Source of the DNA: an uncultured Clostridia bacterium
GTDB lineage: Bacteria; Bacillota; Clostridia; Oscillospirales; Ruminococcaceae
DNA: 64,000 bases
Direction: 5' to 3'
NCBI GenBank assembly: GCA_937891895.1
Contig: CALATN010000218.1
Coordinates: 7,081-71,080 of the forward strand
Of the stretch, positions 1 through 9,378 are shown piece after piece (the first letter of the stretch is position 1; each line of letters begins with the position of its first letter). The position numbers and the translations under genes are program-made. The notes below the pieces were generated by a model that did no database searches, had not been told where the DNA came from, and saw nothing but the letters and a program-made list of their open reading frames with translations.

Positions 1-381
1 AGAACTTCCCTCGGCTGTTACGAAAGAACACTTGCTTACCTTATCGAAAGATATGCAGGCGCACTTCCTCTGTGGATGTCACCTGAGCAGGTAAGAATTC
101 TCCCTGTTACAGACCGTGCAGCTGAATACAGCGCAAAGGTTCTCGAAAAGCTTGAACGCAGAGGTATCCGTGCTACAATCGACTCCCGTAAGGAAGGTGT
201 CGGCTACAAGATCCGTCAGGCTCAGCTTGAAAAGATTCCTTACTTCTTCATCGTTGGTGATAAGGAGGTTGAAGCTGAAACACTTTCACTCCGTTCCCAC
301 AAGGAAGGCGACCTTGGCGTTATGGCTATGGAAGACGTGCTCAACAAGATTTTCGAGGAAAATGAAACAAAGGCAAGATAA
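1..381 (+). CDS. thrS: threonyl-tRNA synthetase, C-terminal part (5' end outside window)
   Basis: Frame 1 is open from base 1 (RTSLGCYERTLAYLIERYAGALPLWMSPEQV...). It continues into an anticodon-binding-domain-like ILPVTD...GYKIRQAQLEKIPYFFIVGDKE. The stop at 379-381 is followed by a terminator. Confidence 0.85.
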   Translation, partial: RTSLGCYERTLAYLIERYAGALPLWMSPEQVRILPVTDRAAEYSAKVLEKLERRGIRATIDSRKEGVGYKIRQAQLEKIPYFFIVGDKEVEAETLSLRSHKEGDLGVMAMEDVLNKIFEENETKAR

Positions 382-426
382 ACTTGCCTGCAAGATAAAC
401 TATACTATATATAATGTATATAATGA

Positions 427-458
427 ACAGCGGACGGAATTATCTGTCCGCTGTTTTT
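427..458 (+). terminator. intrinsic terminator of thrS
   Basis: ACAGCGGAC / GTCCGCTGT 9-bp stem followed by a TTTTT run. Confidence 0.8.
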
Positions 459-463
459 GGGTA

Positions 464-492
464 TTGACAAAATATACATTACGTGCTATAAT
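464..492 (+). promoter_or_regulatory. sigma-A type promoter P1 (TTGACA-17-TATAAT)
   Basis: Perfect -35 at 464-469 and perfect -10 at 487-492, with a 17-nt spacer. Confidence 0.6.
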
Positions 493-692
493 GTTAATCG
501 TTTTCGGAGCAATTTGTGAAAATCGGGCGAAATTACCGTGACAGGTAAGGTAAGGAAAAGTTACAGAATCGTTACGATTATTGCAGAACGGTTACCGAGA
601 ATGCTCTTTCATTTCGGCTTAAAGTTGTGAAAATTAGTGAAAAGTGTGCATAACGGCTGAAAAGTGGTAATAAAATTTGGCGTATGTGTACA

Positions 693-721
693 TTGACAGT
701 TCGGGCTTGAAATGTTAGAAT
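693..721 (+). promoter_or_regulatory. sigma-A type promoter P2 (TTGACA-17-TAGAAT with TGn extension)
   Basis: -35 at 693-698 and -10 at 716-721, preceded by TGT. It lies about 120 nt upstream of the ATG at 840. Confidence 0.6.
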
Positions 722-839
722 AATAGCGTGATATACAGAAAGCGTTTAAGTACGCCTGTATACATAATTCTATTTGATTTCCATTTTAACTGGAAATAAA
801 TAAAGAAAAAACTTAAAACAAAACAAGGAGGAATTTTTC

Positions 840-2387
840 ATGAACATGAAAAAGACAATCGCTGCTCTCGCAGCAGGCGCAGTAGCTGTATCTGCAATGG
901 CTACAACTGTATCCGCTCTCGCTGACACAACTCTTACTTACAACCTCGTTAAGAAGTACGAAGTTAAGGCTCCAAAGGCTAACACAGCAACATACGAGTT
1001 CACAGTACAGGATGCTACAGCAGTTGCTACAGAACTCACATTCACAAACGCTAAGGATAAGGTAAAGAGCGTTGTAATCAAGGTTGCTTCTTCTGCTGCT
1101 GGCGACCAGAATAAGATCTACACATACTCTACAGATAAGGGTGCTCTCAACTACAATGCTAATATTACTGAAGATGGCGTAATTATTCTTGACAAGGAAC
1201 TCCTTGGCTATTCACAGGATGCTAAGCTCACACTCACAGTAACTGTTAACACAGAAACAAAGTATAAGACTGATCAGGGAATGACTGCTATTGAATGGAT
1301 CAACCCTGACCTCAATACTGTAATTACAGCTGATTCTGATAACGGTGAAGCTACAAATGTAGTTCTTAAGGCTTACACAGCTGGCGATGAAAACAAGGTA
1401 GACGAATACTACGCTCCTTTCAAGACAGAAATCAAGAACAACAAGAACATTACAGCTTACCTCCAGGAAGGCGACGTTAAGACTGATAAGGATGTTAAAG
1501 ATAAGGCATTCTATGATACTAAGGTAGTTACAGCTAAGGGCCAGGGCTACCACAACGTTGGTGCAGTTCTTAACGATGCTATCCAGAACTACGAAACAGT
1601 TACATTTACATTCAACACAGCTACAAATGGTATCATTTGGACAGTAGAAAACGAAATAACTAAGGAAAGACTTTTTGATAAGTACTATGTAGCAAATACT
1701 AAGTATGGTAATGCCGATAAGAAGGATGGCGGTAACTACACTGCAGCTCTCGCAGCAGCAGCAACTCCATCTTGGGCTAATGATGCTACACTCCTCGCAT
1801 ACTACAGCTCTGACTGGTTCGCTGATACATCTTACATGAGCTTTGACCAGCACCTCTACCAGGGTACAGTTAATCCATATGGTTCTTACATCACATCTTA
1901 TGCTTCCGAAAACTCAGGTTACACAGGCTTTGACTGGACAGGTTACAACCTCTTCCAGGGTGCTCTCGTAATCAACGAAAACCTCACAATGTCCCTCGCT
2001 GAAACAGATTACTTTGACTGGACAGCTACATCCCTCAGCTTTGACTGGGATGCAATCATGGATGGCGCTATGACATCTAACGATTACGCTGTATATCTCC
2101 ACTCCATGAAGCTTGCTACATCCAACACATGGTACTGGGATAACATGACTGTAACTCTTACAGCTGGTGCTGCTGACGACGTTGAAGCTGAAGCTGGTGT
2201 TGAAGCTGACGACGAAGAACTCGCTGAAGAAGAAGTTGAAGAAGAAGTAGTAGAAGAAGAAGTTGAGGAAGAAGTAGAAGTAGAAGTAGAAGTTGCTAAC
2301 CCAACAACAGGTAACGCTTCTGTTGCTCTCGCTGTAATTCCTGTAGCTCTCGCTGCTGCTGCTGTAGTTGCTAAGAAGAGAAGCTAA
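840..2387 (+). CDS. secreted, cell-wall-sorted surface protein of unknown function (signal peptide, acidic E/V stalk, NPTTG sorting-signal-like C-terminus)
   Basis: RBS AAGGAGG sits 7 nt upstream. N-terminal signal MNMKKTIAALAAGAVAVSAMATTVSALA. C-terminus is ...EVEVEVANPTTGNASVALAVIPVALAAAAVVAKKRS (motif + hydrophobic segment + basic tail). Confidence 0.8.
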   Translation: MNMKKTIAALAAGAVAVSAMATTVSALADTTLTYNLVKKYEVKAPKANTATYEFTVQDATAVATELTFTNAKDKVKSVVIKVASSAAGDQNKIYTYSTDKGALNYNANITEDGVIILDKELLGYSQDAKLTLTVTVNTETKYKTDQGMTAIEWINPDLNTVITADSDNGEATNVVLKAYTAGDENKVDEYYAPFKTEIKNNKNITAYLQEGDVKTDKDVKDKAFYDTKVVTAKGQGYHNVGAVLNDAIQNYETVTFTFNTATNGIIWTVENEITKERLFDKYYVANTKYGNADKKDGGNYTAALAAAATPSWANDATLLAYYSSDWFADTSYMSFDQHLYQGTVNPYGSYITSYASENSGYTGFDWTGYNLFQGALVINENLTMSLAETDYFDWTATSLSFDWDAIMDGAMTSNDYAVYLHSMKLATSNTWYWDNMTVTLTAGAADDVEAEAGVEADDEELAEEEVEEEVVEEEVEEEVEVEVEVANPTTGNASVALAVIPVALAAAAVVAKKRS

Positions 2388-2466
2388 TTGCGCGCTGGGA
2401 TTACCCAGCTTCATGAAAGATAACGACGGTTACTTTGGTAATTAAAGTTATTATTCTAGCATCATT

Positions 2467-2507
2467 AAGTGCTGTCCGTATGCAGAACGGACAGCACTTT
2501 TCTTTTG
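2467..2507 (+). terminator. intrinsic terminator
   Basis: 13-bp stem AAGTGCTGTCCGT / ACGGACAGCACTT followed by TTTCTTTT. Confidence 0.85.
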
Positions 2508-2637
2508 CCTGAGGCTCCGGCCTTGGGCTTTTTGTTTTGTACAATAATTCCGATTATACAGATAGTTTACTTAAACGTTTTTGATAAATTCATATGTAAA
2601 TTTTATTCGTTTTTTGAACAATGTTCATAATAAATAC

Positions 2638-2666
2638 TTGACAAGTATTAGGCAAATTGATATAAT
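2638..2666 (+). promoter_or_regulatory. sigma-A type promoter of the ABC-like locus (TTGACA-17-TATAAT)
   Basis: Perfect consensus hexamers with a 17-nt spacer, in an AT-rich spacer. It lies about 215 nt upstream of the first gene. Confidence 0.65.
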
Positions 2667-2882
2667 AATTATACAACTCTATATATTTTTATTAGTGGAT
2701 AACATAATTTTTGTGTAATTATCACTAAACTTACACATTGAACTTGTATGGTTTGCACTGTTTTTGTGCTGTTTAAACTACCAATACCCACATATTGGTA
2801 ATGCAAAACTGCGCCTCAGTGCCTTTTTTGCGTGTGCAAATTATCGGTTTTGAGTTAGGTTATATGAAAGGTGGTCTATCTG

Positions 2883-5798
2883 TTGTCAAGGAAAACGAAT
2901 TTTAAAAGGACTCTGTCTGCGGCACTTGCAGTTCTCCTTTGTGTTTCTGTAATTCCTGCTTTCCCTGCGTTTGCGGAAAGTGAGCCTGTCAAGACTACTG
3001 CTGAAGCGCAGTACACTGAGGCTGCTCTTGCTTTCGAAAAGCAGAAAACTTACAGCGAATACTTTGATGAAATTGTAAATGTCAAGCGCCCGAATGCTGA
3101 GGCAATGCTCACTTACTCAGGTAAGAGCGACAATGCCGAAGCCGAAGTGACAACCTTCGAGGGCAAGGATAATGTTTTGGTATGGTCAAACGAAGAAGGC
3201 CGTATCGATTATACTGTTGAGGTTCCGCAAACAGGTGCATATCAGCTGGAGGTAAGCTATTACCCGCTTGAGGATGGCGCAAGCACTACTGAGCTTTCCG
3301 TTCTTCTCGACGGTGTTTCTCCGTATGATACTGCTACCCGTGCTACTCTCCCGCATATCTGGACAAGTGAATACCCTATTTCTACTGACTCTAAGGATAA
3401 CGAAGTCCGTCCTCCTCAGGTACAGGCGGCAAGATGGGTTAAAACTATGGTTTACGATGTGGACGGTCTGTTCAATGACCCTCTCTACTTCGTTCTCGAG
3501 GAAGGTACCCATACTATTTCCTTTGAGTCTGAACGTGCGTCTGTTGCTATTGAGTATATCAAGCTTTGCAATACTGACGGTGCAAAGACTTATACAAAGC
3601 CTTCCGATGCTGAGCTTGCAAAGAACAGCGGTGCTGAGCCAATCAGACTTCAGGGCGAACAGTATGCTTATACAAACTCTCAGACTTTGTTCCCTACATA
3701 CGACAGAGGTTCTTACCTTACTGAACCTTCCCATCCGTCCAAACAGCGCTACAATACAGTAGGTGACGGTACTTGGGATACTGCAGGTCAGGCAATTACC
3801 TGGGAAATGGATGTTGCCGTTGCAGGTTATTACAAAATTGGTATCAAGGCTCGTCAGAACGAGCTCCGTGGTCTTTATACAAACCGCCGTCTGCTTATTG
3901 ACGGTGAAGTGCCGAATGAAGCGTTTGAACAGCTGAAATTTATGTATGATGATGACTGGATTATGGTTGTTCCTGAAGATGCAAACGGTGAGGCCGCTTA
4001 CGTTTATCTTGACAAGGGCAAGCACGAGCTTTCTCTTGAGGTAATCCCTGGCGAAATTGGCGAATCTATGAGAAGACTGGATGAAATCGTGTACACGGCA
4101 AACCAGTACTATATGCAGATTCTTATGATTACCGGCCCTACACCTGACAAGTATACTGACTACTATATTCATAAGGAAATTCCTGAAATTCAGGACGTTT
4201 TCACTGAGCTTGCTGCTCAGCTTATTGAAGAAAAGGATAATATTGAAGGCCTTGCAGGTCAGAAGGGTACAGAAGCTGCTGCTCTGGAAAGACTTGCTAC
4301 TGTTCTTGAAAAGGCAGCTGATAAGCCTACAAAAATTCCTGATATGATTTCCAACAACTCCATCAAGGATAACGTTAACTCCGTTTCTTCCTGGATGCGT
4401 CAGTACCGTGAACAGCCTCTTGAAATTGACTTTATTGAGCTTGTTCCTGCTGATGGTGAGTTTACTTCTGTAAAATCAAATATCTTCAAGAGCTTCGGCT
4501 TCGGCTGTAAGGGCTTTGTCAACTCTTTCTTTGAAGACTATACACAGCTTTCCGATATCGAAGGCGACTCTATCAATGTATGGGTTTCTTCAGGCCGTGA
4601 CCAGGCTAATGTTATCAAGCAGATGGTTGACTCTGACTATAACCCTGACGCTGATGTAAAGGTAGCTGTAAACCTTGTACAGGGTGCTATTATGGAAGCT
4701 GTTCTTGCCGGAAAGGGCCCTGACGTTGCTCTGTTTGTCGGAGGTGAATTCCCTGTAAACCTTGCTCTTCGTGACCTTGTTGTTCCTATGAACGATATGG
4801 AAGGCTTTGACGAGGTTATGGGCAGATTCCAGAGAAATGCTGCTGTTCAGTATACTTACGACGGCGATGTTTATGCTGTTCCTATCACACAGAGCTTCCC
4901 TATGATGTTCTATCGTAAGGATATGCTTGCTCAGGTTGGTATCAGCGAGCCTCCTGAAACATGGGAAGAACTCATCGATATGCTTCCTGCTATTCAGAGA
5001 AAGTATATGCAGCCGGGTCTTATTCTCCCGGGCGTTGTAAACGGCGTTTCCGTTTCTCCTGCAACTGAAGCAGGTCACACATTTGCTCTGCTTATGCTCC
5101 AGTCAGGTACCAACTATTACAATGAGGATCAGACTGCTACAAACTTCGATTCACAGGCTGCTGTTGATGCGTTTGCTACATGGACAGACTTCTATAATGT
5201 ATATAAGTTTGACCAGACTTACGACGCATTTACACGTTTCAGAACAGGTGAATCTCCTATTGTTATCCAGAACTACTGTACTTTCTACAATCAGCTGAAT
5301 GTTGCCGCTCCTGAAATCAAGGGTCTGTGGGACTTCTGTGCTGTACCTGGTACAGAAAGAGCTGACGGTACTATTTCCCACGCTTCCAACTCCAATGGTG
5401 CGGGTGCTATCATCCTCTCCAGCTGTGATGACCAGGAAGCTGCATGGGAGTTCATCAAGTGGTTTACCGAAAAGGAAACAATGGTTGAATATGCACAGAA
5501 CGTTGAAGGCGTAATGGGTCCTCTCGGTCGTGTTGACGTTGCAAATACTGAGGCGCTTCAGGAGCTTAACTGGTCCAACAGAGATCTTGAAAAGATTATG
5601 TATCAGATGGATCAGCTCGAGGAAATTCCTATCGTTCCTTCCGCATATGTTGTAACACGAAGCATTATGAACGCATTCAGAGCTGTTGTTAACGACAAGG
5701 AAAATGCGAGAGAAACACTCCGTTGGTACAACATTGATATCAACCGCGAAATCACAAGAAAACGAGAAAATCTCGGACTTGATGAAAAAGAAGAATAA
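2883..5798 (+). CDS. extracellular solute-binding protein (CUT1-type ABC) fused to a ~520-aa N-terminal extension with two beta-sandwich/CBM-like repeats
   Basis: The ORF is open from GTG 2871. TTG 2883 has better RBS spacing (AAAGGTGG). Signal peptide ...LSAALAVLLCVSVIPAFPAFA. The C-terminal ~440 aa has family-1 SBP character (INVWVSSGRDQANVIKQMV...GKGPDVALF...WEELIDMLP). Confidence 0.8.
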   Translation: MSRKTNFKRTLSAALAVLLCVSVIPAFPAFAESEPVKTTAEAQYTEAALAFEKQKTYSEYFDEIVNVKRPNAEAMLTYSGKSDNAEAEVTTFEGKDNVLVWSNEEGRIDYTVEVPQTGAYQLEVSYYPLEDGASTTELSVLLDGVSPYDTATRATLPHIWTSEYPISTDSKDNEVRPPQVQAARWVKTMVYDVDGLFNDPLYFVLEEGTHTISFESERASVAIEYIKLCNTDGAKTYTKPSDAELAKNSGAEPIRLQGEQYAYTNSQTLFPTYDRGSYLTEPSHPSKQRYNTVGDGTWDTAGQAITWEMDVAVAGYYKIGIKARQNELRGLYTNRRLLIDGEVPNEAFEQLKFMYDDDWIMVVPEDANGEAAYVYLDKGKHELSLEVIPGEIGESMRRLDEIVYTANQYYMQILMITGPTPDKYTDYYIHKEIPEIQDVFTELAAQLIEEKDNIEGLAGQKGTEAAALERLATVLEKAADKPTKIPDMISNNSIKDNVNSVSSWMRQYREQPLEIDFIELVPADGEFTSVKSNIFKSFGFGCKGFVNSFFEDYTQLSDIEGDSINVWVSSGRDQANVIKQMVDSDYNPDADVKVAVNLVQGAIMEAVLAGKGPDVALFVGGEFPVNLALRDLVVPMNDMEGFDEVMGRFQRNAAVQYTYDGDVYAVPITQSFPMMFYRKDMLAQVGISEPPETWEELIDMLPAIQRKYMQPGLILPGVVNGVSVSPATEAGHTFALLMLQSGTNYYNEDQTATNFDSQAAVDAFATWTDFYNVYKFDQTYDAFTRFRTGESPIVIQNYCTFYNQLNVAAPEIKGLWDFCAVPGTERADGTISHASNSNGAGAIILSSCDDQEAAWEFIKWFTEKETMVEYAQNVEGVMGPLGRVDVANTEALQELNWSNRDLEKIMYQMDQLEEIPIVPSAYVVTRSIMNAFRAVVNDKENARETLRWYNIDINREITRKRENLGLDEKEE

Positions 5799-5818
5799 CT
5801 TGATTGGAGGGGAAACCT

Positions 5819-6784
5819 TTGGCTGCTGAAACTCAGAAGAAGGAAATCTTGCTGCCTAATGAGCGAAAGATGTCCTTTAAAGAAAGATGGGCTTATACCT
5901 GGCACGAAATGAAGAGAAACAAGATGTGTTATCTTATGCTGGCACCTTTTATGGTTTTCTTCATCGTGTTCACTGTAATTCCCGTTTGTATGTCACTGCC
6001 TATCGGCTTCACTGATTTCGATATGGCACACTTCCCGCCGAAGTTTGTCGGCTTCCAGAACTTCTATACAATGTTCCTCGAAGACGACGTATTCATCGGC
6101 GCTATCAGAACAACACTTATCTTTGCTATCTTTACAGGTCCGCTCAGCTATGTGCTCAGCTTCTTCCTTGCTTGGCTCATCAACGAGCTTCATCCTGTAC
6201 TCAAGACAGTATTTACACTTATTTTCTACGCACCATCAATGGCAGGTAACATCTACTTCGTATGGCAGCTCATCTTCTCGGGCGATACATACGGTTACCT
6301 CAATGCTGCACTTACTTCTCTCGGTATCACAACAGCTGCTGTTCAGTGGCTTACTGACGCGAACTATGTGCTTGTCTGCGTAATCATCGTTCAGCTGTGG
6401 GTATCTATGGGTGCAGGCTTCCTTGCTATGCGTGCAGGCTTCCAGGGTATCGACAAGGCGATGTATGAAGCAGGTGCTATCGAAGGTATCAGCAACAGAT
6501 GGCAGGAGCTTATCTTCATTACAATCCCTTCAATGGGTCCTCAGCTCATGTTTGCTGCTGTAATGCAGATCGTATCCGCATTTACTGTTGATATCGTAGG
6601 ACGTAGCCTCGCAGGCTTCCCGTCCACAGACTATAAGGTTCATACCATTATGACTCACGCTTTCGACTACGGTTGGATCCGTTACGAAATGGGTTATTCT
6701 TCCGCAATATGCTTTGTCCTGTTCCTTGTAATGCTGATTTGTAACAATCTCATAGGCAAGCTTCTGGGCAAGTACATGAACTAA
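5819..6784 (+). CDS. carbohydrate ABC transporter permease (MalF/BPD_transp_1 type), pair 1
   Basis: Multi-TM protein with EAA loop EAGAIEGISNRWQELIFITIPSMGP. The ORF is open from TTG 5804. TTG 5819 sits 6-8 nt after GGAGGGG, and ATG 5870 is also possible. Confidence 0.8.
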   Translation: MAAETQKKEILLPNERKMSFKERWAYTWHEMKRNKMCYLMLAPFMVFFIVFTVIPVCMSLPIGFTDFDMAHFPPKFVGFQNFYTMFLEDDVFIGAIRTTLIFAIFTGPLSYVLSFFLAWLINELHPVLKTVFTLIFYAPSMAGNIYFVWQLIFSGDTYGYLNAALTSLGITTAAVQWLTDANYVLVCVIIVQLWVSMGAGFLAMRAGFQGIDKAMYEAGAIEGISNRWQELIFITIPSMGPQLMFAAVMQIVSAFTVDIVGRSLAGFPSTDYKVHTIMTHAFDYGWIRYEMGYSSAICFVLFLVMLICNNLIGKLLGKYMN

Positions 6785-6806
6785 GAAACGAGGTGAGGAA
6801 TACATA

Positions 6807-7778
6807 ATGGCTAAAAAAGAACTGAAGCCTTCTCAGATTGCGGCTCAGATTGAGGCTGAAAATGCCGCTGCGCTTGAGGCTCTGAGAAAAAGGCGTGAAA
6901 AAGAGCATGCTAAGATGGAAAAGTCCAAGGGTACCAACAAGCAGGTTGGTAAGAGCTGGAAAAACGATATCGGTATTTTCCTCTTCCTTACATTCCTCGG
7001 TGCGTTCATGCTTCTCCCTATCTACATCGCAATCGTTACATCTATCAAGCCGGTAAATGAAATCTTCATTATGCCGCCTCGTCTTTATGCGATGGACCCT
7101 ACTTTTGACAACTTCAAGGACCTTTTCGTTGTTGCAAACAACTCATGGGTTCCTTTCTCAAGAAACGTATTCAACAGTATCTTCGTTACTGTTGCAGCAA
7201 CAGTTCTTCACGTTCTGTTTGCTTGTACAGCAGGCTTCGTACTTGCTAAGTGCAGATTCCCTGGCGCAAAGGCAATCAACAAGGTTGTTGTAATTGCCCT
7301 CCTTTTCAGCAGCCAGGTAACCTACATCATGCAGTACATCGTTATGGCTAAGCTGGGTATGATCAATACATACTCCGCGCTCATTCTTCCTCTTATCGCT
7401 TCCTCTATGGGTCTTTACCTTATGATTCAGAGCGTTAGTACAATCCCTGACGCTATGATTGAAGCGTCAAAGGTTGACGGCGCAGGTCTTATGCGTATAT
7501 GCTGGGGTATCGTAATGCCGAACTCCAAGCCTGCGGTTATGACAATTATCATCTTCCAGTTCCAGGCGGCTTGGAACTCCAACGGCGGTTCACTCGTATA
7601 TGATGAAGCGCTCAAGACAATTCCTACTGTTGTTCAGCAGATTGCTGCAGCAGGTATTGCACGTCAGGGTGCGATTGCGGCTTCCGCGGTTGTACTTATG
7701 ATTCCGCCGCTTGCTATCTTCATTGCTGCCCAGAGTAACGTTATGGAAACTATGGCGCACGCCGGAATGAAAGACTAA
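6807..7778 (+). CDS. carbohydrate ABC transporter permease (MalG type), pair 1, with charged ~55-aa N-terminal extension
   Basis: RBS GAGGTGAGG. EAA loop EASKVDGAGLMRICWGIVMPNSKP. Six hydrophobic segments. Confidence 0.85.
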   Translation: MAKKELKPSQIAAQIEAENAAALEALRKRREKEHAKMEKSKGTNKQVGKSWKNDIGIFLFLTFLGAFMLLPIYIAIVTSIKPVNEIFIMPPRLYAMDPTFDNFKDLFVVANNSWVPFSRNVFNSIFVTVAATVLHVLFACTAGFVLAKCRFPGAKAINKVVVIALLFSSQVTYIMQYIVMAKLGMINTYSALILPLIASSMGLYLMIQSVSTIPDAMIEASKVDGAGLMRICWGIVMPNSKPAVMTIIIFQFQAAWNSNGGSLVYDEALKTIPTVVQQIAAAGIARQGAIAASAVVLMIPPLAIFIAAQSNVMETMAHAGMKD

Positions 7779-7871
7779 AAAATCTGCGATTTTTTGGTCT
7801 GAGAGATATCCGCATTGTTTATATGAAATGCAATCCGGAACTGATTTTAATTTGAATTATGGAGGGATAAT

Positions 7872-9377
7872 ATGTCAGGCTTGAAAAAGCTTATTTCGCT
7901 TATTTCAGCGGCGGCAATCAGTATTTCCGTGCTTGCGGTAAATACCTCCGCGCTGGAAACATATGACCCTTACAGCTATGACAGATGGGGTGACGCCGTT
8001 TCTTCACAGGCAGGCTACACCGCTGAAAAATACGTGGACGGAAATACGATCGGCTGCGGCTCTCTGAATGAGCCTGCTGACCTGTACATTTCCCACGACA
8101 ACCTTATGTACATAGCAGATAAGGGCAACAACAGAATCGTGGTTACTGACCTCGATTTCAACTTCAAGAAAGAGATGAAGGAATTCTCCTACAAGGATGA
8201 AAAGCTTACTCTTGCAAAGCCAACAGGCGTTTATGTTGACCAGTACACAGGCTACATCTATATCTGTGATACAGAAAATGACCGTGTTATCAAGTGCGAT
8301 ACAGACGGTAAGGTTGACAGACTTTTTGAAAAGCCAACGGATGCACTTTATGACCAGGCTCTTACTTATAATCCGAGCAAGGTTCTTGTCGACAAGGCAG
8401 GCAACGTTTATGTTGTTGTTAAGTCACAGACAAAGGGTGCTGTAATGTTCAACTCTCAGGGTGATTTCCTTGGCTTCTACGGTGCAAACCGAGTTGAACA
8501 GACTGCTGAGGTTCTCGCAAACGCTTTCTGGAAGATTTTCTCCACAGAGAAACAGAGAGACCGTATGACAAAACAGACTCCTATCGGCTTCTCAAACTTT
8601 GATATTGACGATGATGGCTTCATCTATACAGTTACAGATTCTCAGGAAACTACAACTGACCTTGTTAAGAAGCTCAATCCAAGAGGTAACAATATTATCG
8701 ACTCTCTCGGTGTTGCTGATATGCAGTTCGGTGATAATCCTCCTGCTTACTATTCAATCTATTCCAAGAATTCCAGCCTTACCGACATTGACCTCGGTCC
8801 TAACGGCGAGCTGAATATTCTTGACTTCCAGCATGGCCGTATTTTCCAGTACGACAAGGAATGCTGGCTGCTGTTCATTGTCGGCGGCAAGGGCAATCAG
8901 CTTGGTCTGTTTGAGTCCGCTACCGCAATTGAAAGCTACGACAATCACCTTTATGTTGTTGACTCCATCAAGGACAACATCACAATCTTTACAAGAACAG
9001 TTTTCGGTGAAATTGTTACCGACGCTGCTAACCTTTACAATGACGGTCTTTACGAGGAATCTCTTGAGCCGTGGCAGAATGTTCTGAAGTATGACGGTAA
9101 CTACCGCCGTGCTTACATCGGTATCGGTAACGCACTCTACAACAAGTATGAGTACGAGGAAGCTATGGAATACTTTGAAATTTCCATCAGCCGTGACCGA
9201 TACAACAAGGCATTTGAGGGCTACAGAGATATCTGGCTCAAGGAAAACTATATGAAGTGCCTCATTGTTATTGCTGTACTTGTAATTCTTGGTTTCGTCT
9301 ATAAGCATTTCCGCAAGAAGGGCAAGATTGTTTACCCTTGGGAAAATCGCCGCAGAGGCAGAAGGGGTGGTGTGTAA
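7872..9377 (+). CDS. secreted NHL-repeat beta-propeller protein with TPR-like segment and C-terminal membrane anchor
   Basis: Signal peptide LISLISAAAISISVLAVNTSA. NHL-like repeats (MYIADKGNNRIVVTD, IYICDTENDRVIKCD, LYVVDSIKDNITIF). TPR-like YIGIGNALYNKYEYEEAMEYFE. C-terminal TM CLIVIAVLVILGFVY followed by an R/K tail. Confidence 0.7.
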   Translation: MSGLKKLISLISAAAISISVLAVNTSALETYDPYSYDRWGDAVSSQAGYTAEKYVDGNTIGCGSLNEPADLYISHDNLMYIADKGNNRIVVTDLDFNFKKEMKEFSYKDEKLTLAKPTGVYVDQYTGYIYICDTENDRVIKCDTDGKVDRLFEKPTDALYDQALTYNPSKVLVDKAGNVYVVVKSQTKGAVMFNSQGDFLGFYGANRVEQTAEVLANAFWKIFSTEKQRDRMTKQTPIGFSNFDIDDDGFIYTVTDSQETTTDLVKKLNPRGNNIIDSLGVADMQFGDNPPAYYSIYSKNSSLTDIDLGPNGELNILDFQHGRIFQYDKECWLLFIVGGKGNQLGLFESATAIESYDNHLYVVDSIKDNITIFTRTVFGEIVTDAANLYNDGLYEESLEPWQNVLKYDGNYRRAYIGIGNALYNKYEYEEAMEYFEISISRDRYNKAFEGYRDIWLKENYMKCLIVIAVLVILGFVYKHFRKKGKIVYPWENRRRGRRGGV

Positions 9378-9378
9378 T

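Noticed and set aside
116-541. 141-aa ORF overlapping the end of thrS and its terminator
   Set aside because: It is out of frame with a clearly recognisable thrS, runs through the terminator hairpin and a promoter, has no RBS, and its composition is not protein-like.
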